DNA of 54,977 nucleotides from Bacteroidota bacterium. GTDB lineage: Bacteria > Bacteroidota > Bacteroidia > UKL13-3. The notes below the pieces were generated by a model. That model worked only from the letters and a program-made list of their open reading frames with translations. It was not told the origin of the DNA and searched no databases. Location of the stretch: NCBI GenBank assembly GCA_947481365.1, contig CANKGI010000001.1:1-54977 (forward strand). Direction: 5' to 3'. A program made the position numbers and the translations under genes. Positions 1 through 10,800 of this stretch are shown piece after piece (within the stretch, counting starts at the first letter, position 1; each line of letters starts with the position of its first letter).

Positions 1-1806
1 AATCAGCAAAAAACAACATTGTACAGAGGAGTAAATTATACCGTAACAACTTATCGTCAGACAAATTATGATCCGATGACCACCAAAGTGTGGATTGATT
101 ATAACATGAATGCTCAGTTTACTGATGCTGGTGAAACAATCATCAATCAAGTACGAGCTTACAATATCAGTACTTCACAAACATTCAGAATACCTGATGC
201 CAACCCAACAGGAAATACAAGAATGCGTGTTGGTATCGGTTATGACATTACAACAGTTACACCTGATTATGCTCAGATTGGTTGTTTTGAAGATTACGGA
301 ATCAATATTGGAAAAGACCTTATAGCTCCTGTGGTAACATTAAATGGTTCGGCAGTGCATAAAATGCAAGTAGGTAAATCATTTGTTGATCCGGGAGTTG
401 TGGCTATTGATAACCTTGAAGGTAACATTACCACAAGCGGAAGATTAGTAAGAACAGGATATGTAGATACATCTAAAGTTGGATATTACACATTGATTTA
501 TACTGCTACCGATTTATACGGAAATGTTTCGATACCGGTAACACGTGTGGTTCAAGTTGAAGTAAATCAAACTGGTCCTACGCTTACATTAAACGGTTCT
601 GATACAATGATGGTTGGTGTAAAAACAGCCTTTACCGATCCAGGTGCTGTGGCAGTTGATAATATTGGTGCAAACATATCTGGACTGATTGTTAGAACTG
701 GAACACTTGATGTAAACACACTTGGCAATTACACCTTAACTTATAAGGTTACAGATGCCTTCGGATTTACTTCTCAAAAGATACGTACAGTAATGGTAAA
801 AGATACCTCTAAACCTGCTATTCAAAGTTTATCTGGCAACAGCACTATTCGCTGGCAAATTGGGACTGCTTATGTTGATCAAGTGAAGGTAACTGATAAT
901 TACTGGTCGAACCTGATTGCTACTCCAACTGGTGTTGTGAATGTGAATGTGATAGGTACTTATACCTTAACTTACAATGTTACCGATGGTTCGGGTAATG
1001 CTGCAACACCTTATATGCTTGTTGTAAAAATTGATGATATTGAGGCTCCTGTTCTAAAATTGAACGGACAATCTGATATGACAGTAGATGTAAAAACTGT
1101 TTTTGTTGATCCTGGATATACTGTATCGGATAATTACTATTCGACAGGAAGTTTGAATGTAACAAAAACACCTGCAAACGGTCCGAACATGAATACGTTA
1201 AACAACACCACAATTACTTATACAGCATGCGATCCATCAAACAACTGTACTTCATTAACTCGTACAGTTCATGTGGTAGATAAAATTGCTCCGGTTATTA
1301 GTATTGTTGGTGCTAACCCTTATTATCACCCACGCTTCCAACAATATGTTGATCCGGGTGTGATTTTAACTGACAACTTTTACACAGATGCTCAAATGCG
1401 CATAAACTTTACTCCTGATTACAGTGCTGTTAGTAACGACAAACCAGGTTACTATTATGTTTATTATAAACTATCAGATCTGTCGGGCAATGTTGCTAAA
1501 ATTGTTTCAAGATTAGTTATCGTTAATGAAGCTGCCACAACAGGTATATCAAATGTGAATGGAAATGCAGCGATGAAATTATATCCAAATCCTAATAATG
1601 GTAAATTTACAATTGATGCCGAAGGAACTGAAATCACTTCAGTAAAAGTTTACAATATTATTGGCACGTTGGTGAAAGAAATCAGCAACAAAGACAATAG
1701 TAAAACAATTGAAATTGATATGGCCGGTGTGAGTGAAGGTGTTTATATTGTGAGAACTGAAGGTCAGGGTAAAATTGCTACACAGAAAATTACAATCGTG
1801 AAGTAA
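1..1806 (+). CDS. Cell-surface protein, 5'-truncated by the window edge: end of a GEVED-like domain, five tandem Ig-like (DUF5011/HYR-like) repeats, T9SS C-terminal sorting domain
   Basis: Frame 1 is open from nt 1, with no stop before the TTG at 19, so the N-terminus lies upstream of the window. Five ~80-aa repeats follow the pattern (A/G)P.(L/I).LNG...F.DPG..A.DN...G.Y.L.Y...D..GN (about nt 313-1533). The preceding 'MRVGIGYD...GCFEDYGI' resembles a GEVED motif. The last ~80 aa ('KLYPNPNNGKFTI...GVYIVRTEG...QKITIVK') are a typical Por/T9SS C-terminal domain. Confidence 0.8.
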   Translation, partial: NQQKTTLYRGVNYTVTTYRQTNYDPMTTKVWIDYNMNAQFTDAGETIINQVRAYNISTSQTFRIPDANPTGNTRMRVGIGYDITTVTPDYAQIGCFEDYGINIGKDLIAPVVTLNGSAVHKMQVGKSFVDPGVVAIDNLEGNITTSGRLVRTGYVDTSKVGYYTLIYTATDLYGNVSIPVTRVVQVEVNQTGPTLTLNGSDTMMVGVKTAFTDPGAVAVDNIGANISGLIVRTGTLDVNTLGNYTLTYKVTDAFGFTSQKIRTVMVKDTSKPAIQSLSGNSTIRWQIGTAYVDQVKVTDNYWSNLIATPTGVVNVNVIGTYTLTYNVTDGSGNAATPYMLVVKIDDIEAPVLKLNGQSDMTVDVKTVFVDPGYTVSDNYYSTGSLNVTKTPANGPNMNTLNNTTITYTACDPSNNCTSLTRTVHVVDKIAPVISIVGANPYYHPRFQQYVDPGVILTDNFYTDAQMRINFTPDYSAVSNDKPGYYYVYYKLSDLSGNVAKIVSRLVIVNEAATTGISNVNGNAAMKLYPNPNNGKFTIDAEGTEITSVKVYNIIGTLVKEISNKDNSKTIEIDMAGVSEGVYIVRTEGQGKIATQKITIVK

Positions 1807-1830
1807 AAAACATAAAGCTAATTTTAAAAG

Positions 1831-1859
1831 CAGCCGTCTTCGTACGGCTGTTTTTTTTT
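1831..1859 (+). terminator. Rho-independent terminator, probably shared with convergent tilS
   Basis: Hairpin cagccgt-cttcgt-acggctg followed by a run of 9 T, 25 nt after the stop codon at 1806. An A-rich stretch lies on the other side. Confidence 0.65.
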
Positions 1860-1880
1860 ATCAAAATTTAACTAATCATT

Positions 1881-3215
1881 TTAGTAATCAGTAAACGAAA
1901 TTTTAAGAATATTTTTGGTGCTAGAAGTTAATTTATAATGATCATCAATTCGATGTGGTACGATACAAATGATGTCGTTGTTTGAAGTGCAAATAAGCAA
2001 TGCATTCTCCTTGTCGATTAAACTAATTTTTTTGTCAATAAAAAAATCACTTACCTTCTTGTTGTTTTTCATTCCAAGTGGAGTGAATAAATCCCCTTTT
2101 TGCCATTTGCGAATAATCAATGGAAAGGAGATAAGATCTGCATCTAAATAAAAAAAGTAATCATCGAATATTAATTCAGAATCACCAGACAAATATTCGA
2201 ATGTAAGGTTTGTACTAGAGAAGTTAACGCTACAAGTATTCTGATCAACTTGAATTTCATTTACTGAAGAAAGGTTTAGTTTTGATAGGATTAAAAAATC
2301 TCTGTCTTTAATGAGGATATGTGTTTTTGAATAGAACTTTTTACCACTTTGTTCATTAAGAGAATTGAATATTTGAGATGATTGAAAATAGTTAAAATTA
2401 AATGGTTGTAAAAACTCAAAAAGCATACAACTTAAATCATCAATTTCTAATAATAATGGAATAGAAATTTTGATAATACCATTTTCTGATGTGTGTACAT
2501 TATTCCATTTTTCTGTTACATATAATTTGTAAATTTTTTCAACTGAAAATATGTTTTTGGTGAGCATCAAAACATGTTCTTCAAACTTTGGATTTATTTC
2601 TTTAAGAATAGGAATAACGGTGTTCCTTATTTTGTTTCTCGAGTATTTATTTGAATCATTAGAACTGTCGGATCTAAAATGAATATTGTTTTGATTCGCA
2701 TATGAAATGATTTCCTCTTTTTTAGCAAACAATAAAGGGCGAATAATTTTTCCGTTTATCGGTTTAATTCCATGTAATCCTGTTATACCAGTTCCTCTTG
2801 ATATATTTAAAAGCAATGTTTCGGCAATGTCACTTAAATGATGAGCAGTAGCAATAAATTCATAATTGTTTGAAAGTGCAATTTCATTGAACCAAGTATA
2901 TCGAAGTTCTCTGGCTGATTCCTGAATCCCTTTCTTGTTTTCCAATTGATATTTGCCAACATCAAATTTCTTTTCAAAAAAAGGAATGGATTGAGTGAGA
3001 CAATAATTTTTAACAAAAATATAATCATCCTCGCTTTCTTTACCTCTTAAATTAAAATTACAATGGGCCACAGCAATGTGGTGTTTTGTTTTTTGAAAGA
3101 GGTTAAGCAGCACCATAGAATCAACACCTCCACTTACTGTAATCAGAATGCGGTGTGTTTTTTGGAACTTAAGTTCAGATGCTAAAAAAAAATCAAAACG
3201 AGAAATCATATTCAA
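1881..3215 (-). CDS. tilS: tRNA(Ile)-lysidine synthase
   Basis: 444 aa. N-terminal PP-loop motif 'ILITVSGGVDSMVLL'. Length and C-terminal substrate-binding region fit TilS. Confidence 0.85.
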   Translation of the reverse strand: MNMISRFDFFLASELKFQKTHRILITVSGGVDSMVLLNLFQKTKHHIAVAHCNFNLRGKESEDDYIFVKNYCLTQSIPFFEKKFDVGKYQLENKKGIQESARELRYTWFNEIALSNNYEFIATAHHLSDIAETLLLNISRGTGITGLHGIKPINGKIIRPLLFAKKEEIISYANQNNIHFRSDSSNDSNKYSRNKIRNTVIPILKEINPKFEEHVLMLTKNIFSVEKIYKLYVTEKWNNVHTSENGIIKISIPLLLEIDDLSCMLFEFLQPFNFNYFQSSQIFNSLNEQSGKKFYSKTHILIKDRDFLILSKLNLSSVNEIQVDQNTCSVNFSSTNLTFEYLSGDSELIFDDYFFYLDADLISFPLIIRKWQKGDLFTPLGMKNNKKVSDFFIDKKISLIDKENALLICTSNNDIICIVPHRIDDHYKLTSSTKNILKISFTDY

Positions 3216-3264
3216 TGCATCAAAATTAGTTTAAATCTTTAGTTTTGAAATCAATTATTAGAAA

Positions 3265-4782
3265 GTGTACAGAAGATATATCCTCACGCTATTTGTTATA
3301 ACCCTATCAGCTATCTGCTTGGCGCAAAAACCGGCTAAGGTTGAAATCATTTCGGCTAATTCGCTGGAGTACGACCAAAGTTTAACGGGCAAAGTAAAAA
3401 AAATGATTGGTAACGTGCAGTTGAAACAAGCTAAAACATTACTGTATTGTGATAGTGCTTATCTGTATGAAGATTCAAATTACGTTGAAGCTTTTAGCAA
3501 TGTTAGGATAAATGATAACGACAGTGTTTTTATGTATGCCGATTTTTTGAGATATGACGGTGATAGGAAGAAAGCAAGGTTAGAAAGAAATGTTCGGATG
3601 AACGACAAAACCATGAACCTTACAAGTAATGAATTGGATTTTGATATGAATACCAATATGGCAAATTATAATACAGGAGGTAAAATCATCAGTAAAGAAA
3701 ATGTGCTTACCAGTCAGATTGGATATTACTTTACAGATTCAAAAGAGTTTTATTACCGAAAGGATGTTTTATTGGTTAATCCCGATTATACAATGACTTG
3801 CGATACGCTTAAATATAATACTGTTTCGCATATTTCATCATTCTTTGGGCCAACAAATATTATCAGTAAAACAGACAGGATATATTGCGAAAATGGTTGG
3901 TACAATACAGATAAAGAAATAGCGCAGTTTAACAAGAATGCTGAAGTGATTAATAAATCGAATAAACTCAGAGCCGACAGTATTTATTATGAAAGTAAAA
4001 CCGAATATGGTAAAGCTTTCCGAAACATTGAATTAACCGATACAGTCAATAAGATTGTTATTTATGGCGATTACGGAGAAATGATAGGAAAGGAGAAAAA
4101 AAGTTTTGTTACGGTAAATGCTATGGCAAAAAAAATAATGTCGAACGATTCGATGTATTTATTTGCCGATACGATATTCTCTTTTCAAAGGTTAAAAAAT
4201 CGCAAACAGGTTGTAAAAGCATATTACCATGCAAAGATTTTAAAAATCGACATACAGTCGATATGCGATTCGTTGGTTTATAATTATGATGATTCATTGA
4301 TCATGTTGTACCATAATCCCATTATGTGGTCGGGGCAAAACCAAATCACATCCGATACCATCATACTATTTATTAATAACAATAAACTCGACTCATTTTA
4401 TTTAAGATACAATGCTTTTATTATTTCACGAGAAGGTGCATTGGAATTTAACCAGGTAAAAGGTAAAAATATGAAAGGCTTTTTTGATGATAATAAAATC
4501 AAGTATATGCAGGTATACGGAAACGGGCAAAGTATCTATTATGGTAAAGATGATAGCACCTACATTGGAGTGAATGTAATCGATTGCAGTGAAATGGAAT
4601 TTATGTTTAAAGATAACAAAATTGATAAGGGTAAATTTATCACACAACCCGATGCCGTTTTTTATCCTTTGGATGAAATGAAACCTGAAGAATTAAGACT
4701 AAAAGGATTTAAGTGGCAATACAAACTAAAACCAGACATAAAGCTTGTAAAACAGCACTTTAAGAACAGGATTAAATATTAA
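3265..4782 (+). CDS. OstA/LptD-N-terminal-like periplasmic beta-jellyroll repeat protein
   Basis: 505 aa with a GTG start and a signal peptide ('LSAICLAQ'). Contains repeated N/D-rich beta-strand segments typical of Bacteroidota OstA-like proteins. Family assigned by eye only. Confidence 0.5.
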   Translation: MYRRYILTLFVITLSAICLAQKPAKVEIISANSLEYDQSLTGKVKKMIGNVQLKQAKTLLYCDSAYLYEDSNYVEAFSNVRINDNDSVFMYADFLRYDGDRKKARLERNVRMNDKTMNLTSNELDFDMNTNMANYNTGGKIISKENVLTSQIGYYFTDSKEFYYRKDVLLVNPDYTMTCDTLKYNTVSHISSFFGPTNIISKTDRIYCENGWYNTDKEIAQFNKNAEVINKSNKLRADSIYYESKTEYGKAFRNIELTDTVNKIVIYGDYGEMIGKEKKSFVTVNAMAKKIMSNDSMYLFADTIFSFQRLKNRKQVVKAYYHAKILKIDIQSICDSLVYNYDDSLIMLYHNPIMWSGQNQITSDTIILFINNNKLDSFYLRYNAFIISREGALEFNQVKGKNMKGFFDDNKIKYMQVYGNGQSIYYGKDDSTYIGVNVIDCSEMEFMFKDNKIDKGKFITQPDAVFYPLDEMKPEELRLKGFKWQYKLKPDIKLVKQHFKNRIKY

Positions 4783-4870
4783 CTAAATATTATGCATTTA
4801 AAACTTTGATTTCTGTTTTTTTTTTTGAATCTTTGAGATTCACATTGAAATACAATAACTATAATTTGAT

Positions 4871-7800
4871 ATGAAAGCTAACTTTACTTTAAACTTTAAG
4901 ATTGCATTAAAAGCAATCGTTTTAACTGTTACCTTGGGTGTTTACGGATTTGCGAATGCGCAGAATGGTATCCCGGCCGCATTACAAGGTGGAACCACTT
5001 ATTATGTTGATGGAATAGGTGCTAATTTGGATAACGTGAAAGATACTTTTCAGAGTCTTTCTGGAACTTATTCTTCAGCAATTAATCCTGTGCCAACATC
5101 AGCAGGGTTAATTCCATATTTGCAGTTAATGGGTTCCGATCCGGCAACTATTGGTACAATTACCATTATGTTAGCCCCTGGTTATTCAACTGCTAATGCA
5201 GGGTCAGGTTATGTTGAATTAAACCCAATGAGTCTTGATGCAACTGGACTTAATTATCCGGGTATTTCACCAAATCGATCTGTTCAGTTAAAATGTACTC
5301 CCGGTTATAATTACACAATTACTACCAGTACAATTTTAAGTGGAACAAGTAGTTTGTTCAAATTAAGTGGTGTGTCATATTTTACGATAGATGGACAAGC
5401 AACACTTGGACAAAATAACCTTACGTTTAAAATGAATACCAGTTCATTTACTAACACAATTAAAGTTATTGAAATCATTCCTCAAGCAACTGCAAGTTGT
5501 AATAGCATAACTATTCAAAATTGTAATATCGTTGGTAGTAGTACAACAGCAACCGTATATCCTTTTGCTGGTATATATCTAGGAGGTGTTTCGGCTCCTT
5601 CAAATGCACTTCGAAGAAGCAATAATATTATCATTCAAAACAATGTGATTAAGGCTGTAACTAATGGAGTTTATATTCGTGGTTGTGGTCCTGCAAACTC
5701 TTCTTTACCTGCTACAACAGGGTATGATTTAGGTTTAATTGTTCGTGGAAATACAATTGGCGGTACAATTGCTCCGGGTGGTACTCAAAATACAGATTTT
5801 CTTGGAGGTGGTATTTATTCTACAGGTGGTGCTGGTATTTATTTAGCTGCACAAGCAAATGCATTAGTTGAAAACAATATTGTTAGAAACAGTATAAACT
5901 CAGTATCATATTTTGGAAACTTTAGAGGTATAGCACTTTCAGTAGAGGGAGGTGCAACGGCAGTAGATAGTGGTGTAACAGTAAACAGAAATAGAATTTA
6001 TAATATTAATACAAGTTATCCTGGTCAAGGTTCTTATGGTATTAGAATGAACATGGGGTCGCATACACAACCATTAAGCATTTCTTTTACTAACAATACA
6101 ATCGGAAATATTACAGCATCAAATGCTGTTTCGGGTATTGCTGGATTATTATATCCTATTGGTCTTTCTATCGAAGACAACTCAGCAAATGTTGGAGCAT
6201 CGATAAGTCATAACTCAATCAATTTATATGGTAGTTTGATGGCTAACAACACAAATTCTGGTTGTGTAAATATTGGTGCTACAGTTTCTGGAGGTATCGT
6301 TCTAACAAATAACATTCTTGCAAATAGAATGGGAAGAGCTTCTTCGGCAACATTAGGTGGAACAATAAACTATTGTGTGATTGTAAATAATGTTTCGGCA
6401 GTTACACCAAATCCATTTACATTAATTAACGGAAATGATTATTACGTAAACAATTTTGATGGTGGTAATTCATTTTTAGGATATGCTGCAGGTATAACAG
6501 GAAACAAACAACTTGTTTCTATTAACCATTGGAGAAATTTTACAACGCAAGATGCTGCAAGTATTTCAGCAATTCCTCCGTTTTTATCAGATACATTATT
6601 AGATTTAAATAGTTCTACTTCATCTATCATATCAACATCAGGTATTTCAGGAACAGGAGTTACTTTAGATGCGAACGGAAATGCTCGCTCATTAACAACA
6701 CCTTCTATAGGAGCTTTCGAATTTACATCAAATCCATTAGCCGTTAATGTTCCGCTTACTGCAGGTTTAGCTGGTATTGTATATCCTATTACAGGAACAG
6801 GAAATGCTTGGCCTACACTTTCAGCGCCAACAGTTGGTTCGTTTAATACATTATCTGATGCGATATCATATTTAAATGCATACGGAACATCAGGAACTGG
6901 AAGTATTATTTTCGAATTGGCTGCAACATATACAGGTGAAGGTTCAAAATATTTACCCGCTATGATCGATTATCCAAATGCTTTGGCTTCTCGTACAGTT
7001 ACGATTCGTCCGGCTCTTGGTGTTAATGATACATTGACAATTCCAAATCAAGCGAACTTCAATTATTCAAGTGTTCTTCGTTTTATTGGAGCAAGGTATA
7101 TTACAGTAGATGGAAGAAATCAAAATATGACGATTTTAATGCCGTCATTAGCAAATAATATTACCGGTGCTCGTTGTGTTGCAATTACACCTTCAGATCA
7201 ATCGGCTACAACAGATATTACAATTAAAAACTGCATCATTACAGGTAACTCAAGCCCTTTTGCAATTAATACTTTCGCTGGTATTTATTTAGGTCATTAT
7301 GCTCCGGCTTCAGGTAATGCTGCAAGTGCACAATTCAGCCAAAATAATAACATCATTATTACAAATAACTTAATTCAAGCGGTTCGTACAGGTATTTACC
7401 TTAGAGGTCCAAATATTGGTAGCGGACAAAGTCAAAATGTATTTATTGGAACTAACAGAATTGGTGGAGATATTCCTTACGGAGGTTCTGCAAATACCAC
7501 TTATTTAGGTGGAGCTGCAAGTATGGCTGGAATATTCATGAAAGGTATTTCCAATTCAATTGTAGATGGAAATATTATTAAAAACTCCGCATCAGCTATA
7601 TCTAATGATTTCAGAGGTATTGATATGGATGCATTAAGTGAGTCGGGAACAGATTCAAGTATTACTGTTAAAAATAATCAGATATACAACTTAACATCAA
7701 CAAGTGTTTCATGTGTAGGTATCAGAGTATATTTAGGAGTTGATACACTTCGTAACTTAAGTTTTATCAATAATTTTATTGGTAAAATTCAAGGTATTGG

Positions 7801-10800
7801 AGCAGGTACTTTTTACAGTACAAGTAATCCAAACGGATTTATTATTGATGGTACTACCCAAGTTAGTAATATTGGTGTAACAATGTATTATAACACTATT
7901 CAGTTAAGCGGAAAAACCCTTAATGGAAATAGCGGATCTTCATGTTTGTATTTAGGTGCAAACATCAGAGGTGGATTAATTGTAAGAAATAACTTATTAG
8001 TAAATGCATTAGGAACAACTACTGGAACTACAGGTTATGCTTATGCTATTCAAACCGGTGCTGCATCTAACCCTTTATCTACCGCATATGGTATAGTTAA
8101 TAGCAATGTTTATTATGCAGGTGGTGCAGTAGCTAACAACTTTGTTGGATATGCAGCAGGTATTAACTACAGTTCTTTAGGAACATGGAAAGCTTATACA
8201 TTACAAGATACTTCTTCTTATTCAAGTAAAGTGTTGTTTGTTTCGGATACAGTGCCTGATGTTCAATTAGCAACAGCAGGTCCGGTGTTTTATGGTGGTG
8301 TAACAATACCTTCAGTAAATTACGATATTTATAGTAACATCCGTTTCGGATTTGGAGGTTACAACAGAACACCAGCAGGCTCAAATCCTTGTATTGGTGC
8401 TGTTGAGTTTGGTCAACCATATTCAGGATTAACAGGTGGAGCTACATATAATATTAATGGTATTCAAAATCCGCCATTAAAATCATCACCAGGAGTTGGT
8501 TCTTTCCAAACTATCAGTAAAGCATTCCAATACTTAATAGCAAATGGCGTTGTTGGAAATACAGCTCCAGCAGCTCCAGTAAAATTATTGATATCTTCAG
8601 GTTATGCCGGTGAAGGAGATACATTGATTCTTCCTTTAACAGAGTATCCTAATATGAATGCAAACCGTGTTGTTGTATTAACAACAGATTCGCAAAGAAC
8701 TATTACCACTACAGGAGGAGCATACGCACCATATAATAACAGTGGTAGTGTGATTAGATTTAGCGGTGCATCTTATTTTACAATAGAAGGTTCGATAAAC
8801 GGAACAAATACAAAAGATTTAACAATTGCATTGCCTTCAATTACCAATACAAATCAGTCACTTAAAGTTATTGATTTGATTCCTGGAAATATTCCTTCAA
8901 CAAATATCACTATTCAAAATTGTAACATTTTAGGAAGTTCAACAACCATTGGATGTAACACTTTTGCCGGAATTTATTCAGGAGGTACCTCTGCAACTGC
9001 ACCATATTATATTGGTAACCCTGCTTTTAGAGGTTCAAACAATAATAGTTTCATTAATAACTTTATTGGTGGTGTTCATTATGGAGTGTATTTACGTGGA
9101 GTAGGTTCGGCTACACTAAGAGGTCAGCAAGATGTTGGAAATATCATTCGTGGTAACAACATTGGTGGTAATATCAATATAGGCGGAAGTCAGCCAACTA
9201 ATTTCTGGGGAGGTTTTGACCAATCAGCTGCTATTTTCTTAAGTGCTCAATCAGCTACAGTTGTTGAAAATAATGTGATCAAAAATAATATACGTACAAA
9301 TAATCAGGTTCGTGGTATTGAGTTCTCAAATGTTTCGGGAGTTCTTTCAGTTGACTCAGGTGTATTGGTTTCTAAAAACAACATTTACAACTTGGTTACC
9401 AATCAGCCAGCTATTTGGGGTATGTATTTAAACATTGGTAGCGATAGTATTAAAAACAACACCATTGTTAATAATTGGATTTCAGGAATTTCTGCTAGTG
9501 GAACTTTTGGTTCTCCTGGTCTTTCTTTCTTTAATCCTGCTGCTATATATGTAGATGCAACAACTAATATTTACAACTTAGGTTTGAATATTTGGTTCAA
9601 CTCAATCAACTTTGGTCCATCTACAGCTATTACTGGTACAACATACGGATTAGTAAACGCAAGTTCTTCGGTAAATGGAGTTCAATTCTCTCCACTGATT
9701 AGAGGTGGTATTTCTTTGAAAAATAATATTATTCAAAATAGATTACCACACACTGCAACTGCTAACCCATCAACTTCATATGCTGTAGTTGTTGGAGCAA
9801 ATAGTCCAAATATTTTCTCAGCATGTAACAACAACAATTATTTCAGTAACTCAACCGGTCCAGGAACAAACAATTTGATGGCATATAATGCAGCTGTTTC
9901 TCCGGTTATACTAAATACTGTGAATGCAATATCGGGTTATACAAATCAGGATACATCTTCAATGAGTTTTGTTACCTCTGTATTTACAAGTGATACAGTA
10001 TTAACAATACCAGGTGGTACAACTTCAGTCTTGGTTAATAGAGGTTCATATATTTCTTCTGTAACTAACGATTATTCTAATAACCCTCGTCCATTTACTC
10101 CAACAATTGGAGCTGTGGAATTTGGTGGTAATCCAATTGATAGCTTGGCACCAAAGTTATACAACTTTACACCTGCATCATGCGGATATGGTCCATTTAC
10201 AATTGATTTGAGAGCATACGCTAATACGATTACTGCAGATACTTTATATTATATGATTTATCCAAATCCTACAATTTATAAAGTGCAAGCATACTCTGTA
10301 ATAGGAAACAGAAGGTTATATACAATACCAACTGCACCTGCTAATAGTTTAATTCTTTATAAAGATACATTATGGGGAGCATTGGGATTGAAAGCAACTG
10401 AACCCCTTACAACAGGATGGGATACAATTGCTACAAGTATTAATTCATTCCCTTATGGATATGGATTTGATGCACCTAATGTAAACAATTGGACAGTTCA
10501 ACAAGTATCTGGTAATGGTGGATGGATTTTAGGTTCATACGGATCTAACGCTAACCCAGCTAACCAAAGCGCATACAGCGGAACTAAAGTAGCATTATTC
10601 GGAAACGGAACTGCAGCAGCTACGCCACTACCTTCAGGAACAAGATCAAGATTGGTATCACCATGTTTCGATATCAGTACAGCTAATTTGCCAACTCTTC
10701 GTTTCTGGGTTAGTCAAAATGCTGATCAAATAACTTTAAGAGATACGTTGATCGTTAATATTAATCTTGGTACAGGATGGATTCCAGTTACCGGAGTAAT